A DNA stretch of 64,000 nucleotides from Patescibacteria group bacterium (GTDB lineage Bacteria > Patescibacteriota > UBA1384 > DATEAH01). Of this stretch, positions 17,342 to 26,046 are shown in pieces (within the stretch, counting starts at the first letter, position 1; every line of letters begins with the position of its first letter). Both the position numbers and the translations under genes were made by a program. The notes under the pieces were generated by a model. The model saw nothing but the letters and a program-made list of their open reading frames with translations. It searched no databases and was not told where the DNA came from. The stretch covers positions 2,090-66,089 of the forward strand of contig DATEAH010000007.1 of NCBI GenBank assembly GCA_035288465.1, given 5' to 3'.

Positions 17342-18559
17342 CTATTTAATAACTTGAACTAAACTATAAATTGGACCTAAAACAGACATCAAAATAAAGG
17401 CAACGCCCGCACCCATGACAATCATTAAAATTGGTTCGAGTAAAGTCGTTAAGTTTTGGCTCATATAAGCGACATCTTTTTCTAAAAATTTGGCTAAATT
17501 ACGTAAAACATAGTCTAAGTTACCCGATTTTTCACCGACCGTGATCATCTCGCAGATTAAAGGTGGAAAATTTTTATCTTCGAAAAGAGAGGCGCCAACC
17601 GGTGAACCATTTTCAATTTTAATAGCCACCTTTCTAAGCCCATTTTGATAATGAACATTGCCGGTTAATTCGACTAAGGTATCGAAAATTTCCAAAATTG
17701 GCAAACCGGCCGCAGTTAGAGTGGCTAAGGTTCTGACAAAAGTGGCCAAATAAGCCTTTTTTTGTAATTGACCAACTACCGGGGTTTTCATGCTAATCCA
17801 ATCAAACACAGATTTAATTTCAGGGAATTGTTTAGTCCAACGGTATAAGAGATATAAACCCACCACAATCGTAATTATTAGCCACCAATAATTAACAAAT
17901 GCATTACTGACACCAACCAAAATTCTGGTGGTAAGCGGTAAAGTGGCACCGACTTCATTAAACAAGCTCGTTAATTGAGGCACCACAAAAATCATAATAA
18001 TAACGACCACCGCGACCAAGGAAATCAAAATAAAGATTGGATAAATTAAGGCGTTTTTTATTCTTGACATTAAGTCATAATTTTTAGATAAATCACCAGC
18101 CAATCTGGTTAATACCTTATCGAGCTTGCCGGATTTTTCGCCTGATTTGGCAATTTGGCTATAAATTTTAGGAAAAATATCGCTTCTTTTTGAAAGTGAA
18201 TCGGAAAGAGCATTGCCCCCTTTGACTTCTTCGGAAATTTCCGCAATTTGCTCGGAGAAATATTTATTATTAGTTTGATTTTTGAGGGTGTCTAAGGCGG
18301 CGACTAAGGGAAAGCCGGATTTAAGCATGACCGCTAATTGTTGAGTGAAAATTACTTTATCGCGGAGAGCGACTTTTTTCGAAAAATAATTTAAAATATT
18401 AAAAGAGCTGGTGGCTAAGTCTTTACTGGAATCGGAAAGAGAGGTCACAAAGAGACTTTGTTTTCTTAAAATTTCCGCCGCCGCCAGGCTATTTGCCGCT
18501 TCAACCTCACCGGCTTTTTCAACGCCATCTTCAGTCTTGGCGCGATATATAAATTTCAT
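17342..18559 (-). CDS. pilC: Type IV pilus platform protein PilC (GspF family)
   Basis: Two GspF repeats and 3 TM helices; follows pilB. Confidence 0.9.
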   Translation of the reverse strand: MKFIYRAKTEDGVEKAGEVEAANSLAAAEILRKQSLFVTSLSDSSKDLATSSFNILNYFSKKVALRDKVIFTQQLAVMLKSGFPLVAALDTLKNQTNNKYFSEQIAEISEEVKGGNALSDSLSKRSDIFPKIYSQIAKSGEKSGKLDKVLTRLAGDLSKNYDLMSRIKNALIYPIFILISLVAVVVIIMIFVVPQLTSLFNEVGATLPLTTRILVGVSNAFVNYWWLIITIVVGLYLLYRWTKQFPEIKSVFDWISMKTPVVGQLQKKAYLATFVRTLATLTAAGLPILEIFDTLVELTGNVHYQNGLRKVAIKIENGSPVGASLFEDKNFPPLICEMITVGEKSGNLDYVLRNLAKFLEKDVAYMSQNLTTLLEPILMIVMGAGVAFILMSVLGPIYSLVQVIK

Positions 18560-18590
18560 ATCAACCCTCTATAATTAATGAATTTTCAAT

Positions 18591-21023
18591 TTATTCTCGA
18601 GTCACTCTCCAAACTTCTTCAACAGTGGTAATACCATCAAGCGCTTTTAAAATCCCATCTTGTTTCATGGTGATCATACCTTCGGAAATCGCTTTGGTGG
18701 CTAATTCTTGGGAGGAAACTTTTTTCAAGATTAAATTTCTCATCGGTTCAGTTAAAGCAAAGACTTCAAAAATTCCAACCCGTCCTTTATAGCCGATATT
18801 ATTGCACGCTGTGCAACCTTTGCCTTTATAAAAGACCATCTCGCGATTATCAAGCTCCTTTTTTTCTTTCTCGGGGAGCTTGGCTAATTCTTGTTTAATT
18901 TCAGTAAGAATTTCATCGGCAATAGGTTCTTTTTGTTTGCAATGTTCGCAGACTTTACGAGTTAATCGTTGAGCCACAACAGTATTAACCGAAGAAGTGA
19001 CTAAAAATGGTTCAACGCCCATATCAATCATACGAGGCACCGCTCCAGCGGCGTCATTAGTATGAAGAGTTGAGAGCACCACGTGGCCAGTTAAAGCCGC
19101 ATGGACAGCCATTTCGGCGGTTTCGAGATCGCGAATTTCACCAACCATAATAATATCCGGATCTTGTCTGACAATTGAACGTAAGCCTTTCGCAAAAGTA
19201 AAACCGATGTCAGTCCGCACCTGACCTTGGTTAATACCCTTAATCTGATATTCAACCGGGTCTTCAAGGGTAATAATATTAACACCTTCTTTGTTTAATT
19301 TGCCTAAGACGGCATATAAAGTAGTGCTTTTACCAGAACCGGTCGGTCCAGTCACTAAAATCATCCCATGTGATTTACTAATGGCATCGTTTAAACGGGA
19401 GAAAGCTTCGCCACGAAAACCCAATTCCTCTAAAGTTAACACGCCACCCGATTTATCTAAAATACGCATGACCGCCTTTTCGCCATAAACAGTGGGAAAA
19501 ACACTTAACCTAAAATCAATTTTACGTTTATTAACCGTGAGTCCAAAACGACCGTCTTGCGGAAGTCGAGTTTCGTCAATTTTTAAATTTCCTAAGATTT
19601 TAATACGAGAAATAACGGCTGGTTGTATCGATTTTGGCAAGGAAACTACCTCTTGAAGCACGCCATCAATTCTAAATCTAACGATGACTTCTTTTTCATA
19701 AGGTTCAATATGAATATCTGAAGCTTCGGATAAGACGGCGCGTTTGAGAATTGATTGGACGGCTCGTGAAGTTGGTGCTTCAGCTTTGGCAATATCTTCT
19801 TCTTGGTCTTCTTTTGTTTTAGTTTCTTTCTCTGGAGTCGCTTTTTTAATTTCTTGAGCTATTTCAGATTCAAATTCTGAATATTGTTCCAAAACATGAC
19901 CAATATCTTCTTGGGTCGCTAAGGCTGGTTTGATTTCTGCACCGGTTTTTTTCTTGATAAATTCGATGGCTTGATAATCTTCGGGATCAACCATAGCGAC
20001 GATTAATTTGCCATTTTTTTCTTCAACCGGAATCGCTTGATAAAGCCTGGCGATATATTCTGGAATTTTGGCTAAAATTTCTTTGGGAATTTTATGGCTT
20101 CGAAGATCAACATAGCTAATATCATTTTTTGGTTTTGCAGTTTCGGATAAAGTCGCGGTAATTTCCTTGCGGGCGTTTTTAAAAACATTGGCTTGATTAG
20201 GGTTTTGAGCTGCAAGATTGTTGGGGTTAGGAGCGGTTTTTGCAGCTGGATTTGTTGGAACTGGAGTTAAAGTTGTGGGCTCTTTTTTGGGACCAGCAAT
20301 TGGAGCGGTTTTTACAGGTTCTATTGGTTTTTCAGATTTTGTTGGGGTTGGTTTTTCTGAAGCATCAAGGGTGGGAGAAGAGGTCCTGGAAGCTGATTTT
20401 TTGCCAAATAAAAAACCGAAAAAGGATTTTTTAGTGGACGGAGTTGGCGAAGGAGCAACTGGTTTAGACTCAGGTTTAGGCGAAGGGGTAGGAATAGTAG
20501 TGCTTGGACTATCAGGGGTAGGTTTTATTTTTGTACCATAATTAATTTGTGAACCAGATTTGAGAAATGATGAAGAAGGTTGATTTTGTGGGGTAGTTTT
20601 TGCTGCCAGAGAAGCGGGCGCAGAGGTAGTGTGGCTAGAAATTTTTTCAATAGGTTCAGTTTTGGCGGGTCTTTGGATTGGAATAATTTGTTCACCAGAA
20701 ATAGGTGCCAACTCTGGTTCAGTTTTAGCAGCTTGCGTTTTGGGTTCAGTATAATCTTTGCCAATCGATTTTTTGAGCGTATAGCTGGTATTAAATGAAG
20801 GTTTCTTTTTATTTGCCGTAGGCTGGGGGTTTTGTTGGGGATCGATGTTTTTATTAGAGATCGCACTCGGCGAGAAAGCCCCCAAATTAGAAATTAAAAC
20901 TTTATTGCCTTGTGCTAATTGCGAGGTCACGACATTAATAAAAGTTCTTACGAATAATTCCGTTTTTTTCACAGGTAAATTTGAATTTGTCGCTAATAAT
21001 CTCACAAATTCTTTTCTGAGCAT
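18591..21023 (-). CDS. pilB: Type IV pilus extension ATPase PilB/GspE carrying a truncated HU-like N-terminal module and a ~270-aa Pro/Thr/Ser-rich linker
   Basis: C-terminus has GSPII_E_N, Walker A GPTGSGKSTTL and the CxxC...CxxC zinc motif. Residues 1-55 (LPVKKTELFVRTFINVVTSQLAQGNKVLISNLGAFS) align with the HU gene in this window (AKASNLNRGEVLKLLNEFSHTLAQTLAKGEKVSLSGFGTFS). Strong RBS AAAGGAGGG upstream of ATG 21023. Confidence 0.85.
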   Translation of the reverse strand: MLRKEFVRLLATNSNLPVKKTELFVRTFINVVTSQLAQGNKVLISNLGAFSPSAISNKNIDPQQNPQPTANKKKPSFNTSYTLKKSIGKDYTEPKTQAAKTEPELAPISGEQIIPIQRPAKTEPIEKISSHTTSAPASLAAKTTPQNQPSSSFLKSGSQINYGTKIKPTPDSPSTTIPTPSPKPESKPVAPSPTPSTKKSFFGFLFGKKSASRTSSPTLDASEKPTPTKSEKPIEPVKTAPIAGPKKEPTTLTPVPTNPAAKTAPNPNNLAAQNPNQANVFKNARKEITATLSETAKPKNDISYVDLRSHKIPKEILAKIPEYIARLYQAIPVEEKNGKLIVAMVDPEDYQAIEFIKKKTGAEIKPALATQEDIGHVLEQYSEFESEIAQEIKKATPEKETKTKEDQEEDIAKAEAPTSRAVQSILKRAVLSEASDIHIEPYEKEVIVRFRIDGVLQEVVSLPKSIQPAVISRIKILGNLKIDETRLPQDGRFGLTVNKRKIDFRLSVFPTVYGEKAVMRILDKSGGVLTLEELGFRGEAFSRLNDAISKSHGMILVTGPTGSGKSTTLYAVLGKLNKEGVNIITLEDPVEYQIKGINQGQVRTDIGFTFAKGLRSIVRQDPDIIMVGEIRDLETAEMAVHAALTGHVVLSTLHTNDAAGAVPRMIDMGVEPFLVTSSVNTVVAQRLTRKVCEHCKQKEPIADEILTEIKQELAKLPEKEKKELDNREMVFYKGKGCTACNNIGYKGRVGIFEVFALTEPMRNLILKKVSSQELATKAISEGMITMKQDGILKALDGITTVEEVWRVTRE

Positions 21024-21280
21024 TAAAAAACCCTCCTTTTTATTCTTTTATCTCAAATTTCAGTTTGGAATTAGTTTTATATTAAAATAAAACTATAAAG
21101 ACGGGATTTCAGTTTATCCGCAATGCAGATCTCTAATTGTTTGAGCATCTATTTTAATCGTACTATTTCCATAATTTGTTGTCAAATCTTGGCATTTTTT
21201 CAATAATAGTTTAAGATAAAAAGAGACAAAACAAAAATTAAAATATTAAATTTATTTCTATAAAACATAAATTTCAACAG

Positions 21281-22870
21281 ATGAGGGGCAAGATGCTTCC
21301 TATTTCTTTGTATCGTAAATGGAGACCACAGCGGTTTGAAGAGGTCGTGAACCAAGCGCCAGTGGTAAAAACTCTCGCTGGCGCAATTCGCCATGGCCAT
21401 ATTTCGCATGCTTATTTATTTGCTGGGCCTCGCGGGACTGGCAAAACCACGATTGCGAGGTTATTGGCTAAGGCCGTTAATTGTGAAAATAATAAAAGTT
21501 TCGAGCCGTGCAACAGATGCCAGTCGTGTCTTGAAATAAGTGAGTCTAGGTCATTGGATATTTTTGAAATTGACGCAGCTTCGCATCGCGGCATTGATAA
21601 AATTAGAGATTTGATTGAAAAAATTAAATTTACACCCGCCCGGGCGCGATATAAGGTATTTGTCATTGATGAAGTCCATATGTTAACTCGCGAAGCGTTT
21701 AACGCCCTGCTAAAAACACTCGAAGAACCGCCAGTGCACGCGATCTTTATTTTGGCAACCACAGAGGCTTACAAGATACCACCAACCATTCTTTCACGTT
21801 GTCAACGTTTTGATTTTAAAAGATTATCAGTTTTACAAATTTCCCAGCAACTCGAAAAAATCGCCAAAACTGAAAAAATCAAAATTGAAGCCGGAGGTAC
21901 GGAGTTATTAGCACAAAATTCTGAAGGATCATTGCGTGATGCCATTGGTTTTTTGGATCAGCTTCGGGCAATGACCAAAAGCAATATCACTTTAGCAGAC
22001 ATTGAATATGTATTGGGTTTGACTTCGCAAAAATCAGTCCTGAGGTTAATGGATTTAATTTTTAAAAACTCTTTAAAGGAAGCGGTTGAATTGGTGAATA
22101 AAATTTTTAGCAAAGGCTATGAATTGCCGCAATTTGCCAATGCCGTGATTGAAGAATTAAGAAAATTAGTCTTAGCTAAAAGTGGTTTGGAATTTTCTTT
22201 TTTAGGCTTAGACGAGGATGAAGAAGCTAAGTTTTCCAAATGGCAAGATCGAGTTAGCCTAAAAAGATTACTAGAAATCATCAAAGCTTTTCGTGGCGTG
22301 GAGGATTATTTAAAAACTGTCTCGCAACCACCACTGGCCCTCGAAATGGTTTTAGTGGAATTAATCGTGCCAAACCTTGAAAAAGACGGAGAAACAAGAT
22401 TTCAGGACAAAATTGTAAAGCCGAGTGTAGATTCGCCAAAATCTGACACATCAAAAAGTAGTTCATCTAAATCAAATTTAAAAATCGAGCACCCAAAACA
22501 GAATCTCAAAACCGAGAATCCTCAAGAAATGACGAAATTTATCGAACTTTGGGCGGAAATTTGTGAAAAAGTTAAAGAGGAAAATAGCTCTTTAGCCTCG
22601 TTTTTGAAAATGTGCGTGCCATTGCAAATTTTAGATGATAAAATAATTATTGGAGCAAAATTTAAATTATATATTGATAAAATTCACGAAAAAAAGGTCT
22701 TAGTTGAAAAAGTGATCGAGGCTGTTTTTGGCCAAGGATATGAATTATCGTGTGAAAAAGTGACTGATCAAAACAAAGACCAATTTCAGCAAAATTCAGA
22801 TAAATTACGGGAAGCGGAAGAGCAGCTCGAAGAAAAATTAGCCCAAGAAGCGCGTCAAGTTTTTGAGTAA
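21281..22870 (+). CDS. dnaX: DNA polymerase III subunit gamma/tau
   Basis: LFAGPRGTGKTTIARLLAKAVNCEN..CNRCQSC; AAA+ clamp-loader motifs. Confidence 0.9.
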   Translation: MRGKMLPISLYRKWRPQRFEEVVNQAPVVKTLAGAIRHGHISHAYLFAGPRGTGKTTIARLLAKAVNCENNKSFEPCNRCQSCLEISESRSLDIFEIDAASHRGIDKIRDLIEKIKFTPARARYKVFVIDEVHMLTREAFNALLKTLEEPPVHAIFILATTEAYKIPPTILSRCQRFDFKRLSVLQISQQLEKIAKTEKIKIEAGGTELLAQNSEGSLRDAIGFLDQLRAMTKSNITLADIEYVLGLTSQKSVLRLMDLIFKNSLKEAVELVNKIFSKGYELPQFANAVIEELRKLVLAKSGLEFSFLGLDEDEEAKFSKWQDRVSLKRLLEIIKAFRGVEDYLKTVSQPPLALEMVLVELIVPNLEKDGETRFQDKIVKPSVDSPKSDTSKSSSSKSNLKIEHPKQNLKTENPQEMTKFIELWAEICEKVKEENSSLASFLKMCVPLQILDDKIIIGAKFKLYIDKIHEKKVLVEKVIEAVFGQGYELSCEKVTDQNKDQFQQNSDKLREAEEQLEEKLAQEARQVFE

Positions 22871-22893
22871 TAAATAATTTTAAAGAGGATTAA

Positions 22894-24297
22894 GTGGCGA
22901 GAAAACGCAACCGCACCACCCATGCCAAAAAATTTGATCAAATGGCGGATATTGTCGGCAAATTGCCACCACAAAACATTGAAGCTGAAAAATCGCTTTT
23001 AGGTTCTCTATTGATTGATAAAGACGCGATTATAAAAGTGGCGGATATTTTAAAGGTTGAAGATTTTTATCGGGAAACGCACGGCCAAATTTATGGGGCA
23101 ATGCTGGGTTTGTATGATAAAAAAATGCCAATTGATTTAATTACTTTGACTGATATTTTAGAGAAATTAAAAATTTTAGAAGAAGTTGGCGGGGCAAGCT
23201 ATTTAGCCACCTTAGCAAATTCCGTACCCACTGCCAGCCACGTGGTTTATTATGCCAATATCATTAGCCAAAAAGGAATTTTAAGAAGGCTTATTGAAGC
23301 TGCGCAAAATATTGCCCAGTTAGGTTATGAAGAATCTGAAGATGTTGATGCAGTTTTAGATAGCTCAGAGAGAATTTTGTTTGATGTCACCCAAAAATTT
23401 TTAAAGCAAGAATTTGTTTCCATGAAAGATGTTTTATCTGATACTTTTGAGAGGATTGATAAGCTTCACAAAGAAAAAGGCAAAATGCGGGGTGTACCGA
23501 CTGGTTTTGACGGCTTGGATAATATTTTGGCTGGTTTGCAGCCTTCTGATTTTATTGTTTTAGCTTCCAGACCTTCGATGGGAAAAACTACCCTAGCTTT
23601 AAATATGGCCGCACATGTGGCAATTAAATTAAAAATTCCGACCGGAATTTTTTCTCTGGAAATGAGCAAAGAACAATTAGTTGACCGAATGCTTTGTACG
23701 CAGGCGGGCGTGGATTCGTGGAAATTACGGACCGGCAATCTTGATGATGAAGATTTTCCGAAAATTGGTTATGCAATGGGGGTCTTGTCTGAGGCGCCTT
23801 TGTATATTGACGACGCACCGGTTTTAAACTCGATGGAAATTCGCACCAGAGCTCGAAAATTAAAAGCGGAACATGGTTTAGGTTTGATAGTAATTGATTA
23901 TTTACAGCTAATCCAAGGTCGAAGTTTTACAGGTGATCAAAACCGTGTCCAAGAAATTTCTGAAGTGAGCCGTTCCTTGAAAGCCTTGGCTCGGGAATTA
24001 AACATTCCAGTTTTAACCTGCTCACAACTTTCAAGAGCCGTGGAAATGAGGCCGAATCACCAGCCGCAATTAGCTGATTTACGAGAGTCAGGTTCAATTG
24101 AACAAGATGCAGACGTGGTGATGTTTATTTATCGGGAAGATTATTATGACAAAGACACGGAAAACAAAAATATTGCGCAAATAATGATTAAAAAACATCG
24201 CAATGGCCCAACTGGCGAAATTGAGCTTTATTTTGTACCTGACCAATTAGCTTTTAAGGATTTGGAAAAAAAACGTAAAGTTGAAGCTCGTTCGTAG
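22894..24297 (+). CDS. dnaB: Replicative DNA helicase DnaB
   Basis: GFDGLDNILAGLQPSDFIVLASRPSMGKTTLALNMA Walker A; DnaB N- and C-terminal domains. Confidence 0.9.
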   Translation: MARKRNRTTHAKKFDQMADIVGKLPPQNIEAEKSLLGSLLIDKDAIIKVADILKVEDFYRETHGQIYGAMLGLYDKKMPIDLITLTDILEKLKILEEVGGASYLATLANSVPTASHVVYYANIISQKGILRRLIEAAQNIAQLGYEESEDVDAVLDSSERILFDVTQKFLKQEFVSMKDVLSDTFERIDKLHKEKGKMRGVPTGFDGLDNILAGLQPSDFIVLASRPSMGKTTLALNMAAHVAIKLKIPTGIFSLEMSKEQLVDRMLCTQAGVDSWKLRTGNLDDEDFPKIGYAMGVLSEAPLYIDDAPVLNSMEIRTRARKLKAEHGLGLIVIDYLQLIQGRSFTGDQNRVQEISEVSRSLKALARELNIPVLTCSQLSRAVEMRPNHQPQLADLRESGSIEQDADVVMFIYREDYYDKDTENKNIAQIMIKKHRNGPTGEIELYFVPDQLAFKDLEKKRKVEARS

Positions 24298-24339
24298 AAA
24301 CATTAAATACAGTAGAAGCATTAAATACATAGGAAAGAG

Positions 24340-24951
24340 ATGAAAGATTTTTTTGATGAAAACGTGATTGATTGGCGAACAATTGATGACTACCAAAATG
24401 AGGGAACTTTGGCGGGTTTGTGTATGGCGCTGGCAGAATCTGACAAATTATTAAATTATATTCTCACTCAGCAACATTATTTGGGCAAGAATGTTTATGA
24501 AAAAATCCATGAGGCCAAAGGCCGCTTTTCTGATTTGAAAAATTTAGCGCGGGCGCTTGAAGTAAAAGAGAGTATTTTTGTAGAATATGACCAGGAAGTT
24601 TCCAAAGAAGATATTAAAATGGCTTTAAAATATTACCGTGAGGCGATTTTAGATCTTACCGAGAACAAAAAGCCAGATTCAGGTGCTTTTGAAAGAATTT
24701 CATCCTGGATAAATTATAATTTTATTTTTCATTCAGGTCGATTCAGAAAAGTGGTAATCAGTTTTTTGGTGGCGATTTTCTTATTGATAATTTTAGACGT
24801 AACTCATCCTGGCCAGGCAATCGTGCACTTTTTAACAAGTTTGTTATTTAAAGCTGGAAATTGGTTTTTGGTGGCTGGTGTTTTTGTGGTTGGAATCGTG
24901 ATAATTGTTTTAGGGGTAATTATCTATTTTGAGAAAAAAAACCGAAAATAA
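24340..24951 (+). CDS. Hypothetical protein with C-terminal TM helices
   Basis: 203-aa ORF; two C-terminal hydrophobic helices. Confidence 0.45.
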   Translation: MKDFFDENVIDWRTIDDYQNEGTLAGLCMALAESDKLLNYILTQQHYLGKNVYEKIHEAKGRFSDLKNLARALEVKESIFVEYDQEVSKEDIKMALKYYREAILDLTENKKPDSGAFERISSWINYNFIFHSGRFRKVVISFLVAIFLLIILDVTHPGQAIVHFLTSLLFKAGNWFLVAGVFVVGIVIIVLGVIIYFEKKNRK

Positions 24952-25070
24952 TAAATTTAGGCTGTGGATAACTCATCAAAAATCAAAATGCAAAAATCAA
25001 AATGCAAAATGAAAATTAGCAAAAACGAATTCAGTTTTCAAAGAAAATTAAATTAGCCCCCTTTTAGGTC

Positions 25071-25099
25071 TTGACAAAATTAAACCCATGGCATATAAT
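25071..25099 (+). promoter_or_regulatory. Sigma70-like promoter (TTGACA-17-TATAAT, with a second TATAAT 3 nt downstream)
   Basis: tcTTGACAaaattaaacccatggcaTATAATggTATAAT in a 790-bp gene-free region. Confidence 0.5.
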
Positions 25100-25500
25100 G
25101 GTATAATCTTCAGAAATGAAGATGAAGATTAACAACTAATCTCTACCGAAAATTTTCTGAAATTGCATCGGGTGGAAGAAGACAAGGAGGGCTTTTTAAT
25201 ACCTTAATTCTTCTGCTATACAACACTACAAAATTGCACCTAAAAAAATAAAAATAAAAAATGAGTAGTTGGTACACTTAAGCTGGATAAAAATTATCTT
25301 GCTCAAGCGTACCAACTACCCAAAATAGGGTAGAGATTGGTACAACAGAGGATCGGCACTCGCACCTTCTAAACAAAGGCTTGCAGAGACTGAGTTTTCT
25401 CTGAAGGGCCAATAGGTTTTTCGGGGATCATTAGAAGACTGCAGCCTTCCAAGGCGCGGAACGCGCCAAACATTTTAAAAATAGTGGGCGTTTAGTTCCG

Positions 25501-25597
25501 CGCCTATTCTAACACAAAGCTTGAAGAAAATCAAGTCTAAGCGCAGCCCGTCTCACCTTATCGGTGAGCCGAGGTAAAAAGAATAGGCGCTTTTTTT
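25501..25597 (+). terminator. Long-stem terminator-like structure ending in a T-run
   Basis: gcgcctattct (25501-25511) pairs with agaataggcgc (25581-25591), followed by TTTTTTT; internal ctcacc-ttatc-ggtgag hairpin. Confidence 0.45.
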
Positions 25598-25656
25598 GTT
25601 GCCTCGATAGCAACAATCCCGCACTCCTATCGTTAAGAAAGGAAAATCTGCGGGAT
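25598..25656 (+). repeat. Conserved two-hairpin element, copy 3 (P1 with compensatory TTGTTGC/GCAACAA)
   Basis: GTTGCCTCGATAGCAACAATCCCGCACTCCTATCGTTAAGAAAGGAAAATCTGCGGGAT. Confidence 0.75.
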
Positions 25657-25744
25657 ATTTGTTGCGAGTCTTTATTTATTCGTAAATTTTTGGTATATTA
25701 ACCACAAGCTGTTTAATCGCCACACAATCCGAGGAGGTACCGAA

Positions 25745-25954
25745 ATGACCAGCAAAGAGTTTAGGCAGATGATTTTTAACCCTAACATTACTGATGTGGA
25801 TTTGGAAGAGCGTTTTTACGGAGTCGAAGTTGAGAGCGAAGAAGATGCACAGCAGCTTTTAGAACTGCTTAGAGAGCATCGCCAAGTTACGATTGATATT
25901 ATTTATGCTAAGAATTTGCCTCTGCCAAGATCTGCTTATGAGCGAGGTTATTGA
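25745..25954 (+). CDS. Small acidic hypothetical protein (69 aa)
   Basis: RBS GAGGAGG 6 nt upstream of ATG; no recognisable domain. Confidence 0.4.
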   Translation: MTSKEFRQMIFNPNITDVDLEERFYGVEVESEEDAQQLLELLREHRQVTIDIIYAKNLPLPRSAYERGY

Positions 25955-26046
25955 GAAAAACTATTATTAAATGAGGTGGACCCGTGAACTTTTCCGAGGC
26001 TCTACCTCTTTTTTCTTTGCCTAAAAACTGGTAAAATTAGAAAGCA

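Noticed and set aside
20218-20866. Several 60-110-aa ORFs on both strands within the PilB linker region
   Set aside because: Caused by the repetitive Pro/Thr-rich coding sequence of the PilB linker; the 810-aa minus-strand ORF explains the region.
24985-25015. Short tandem atcaaaatgcaaaa repeat, considered as a possible CRISPR array
   Set aside because: Only two ~14-bp units with no spacers and no cas genes; a simple A-rich tandem duplication.
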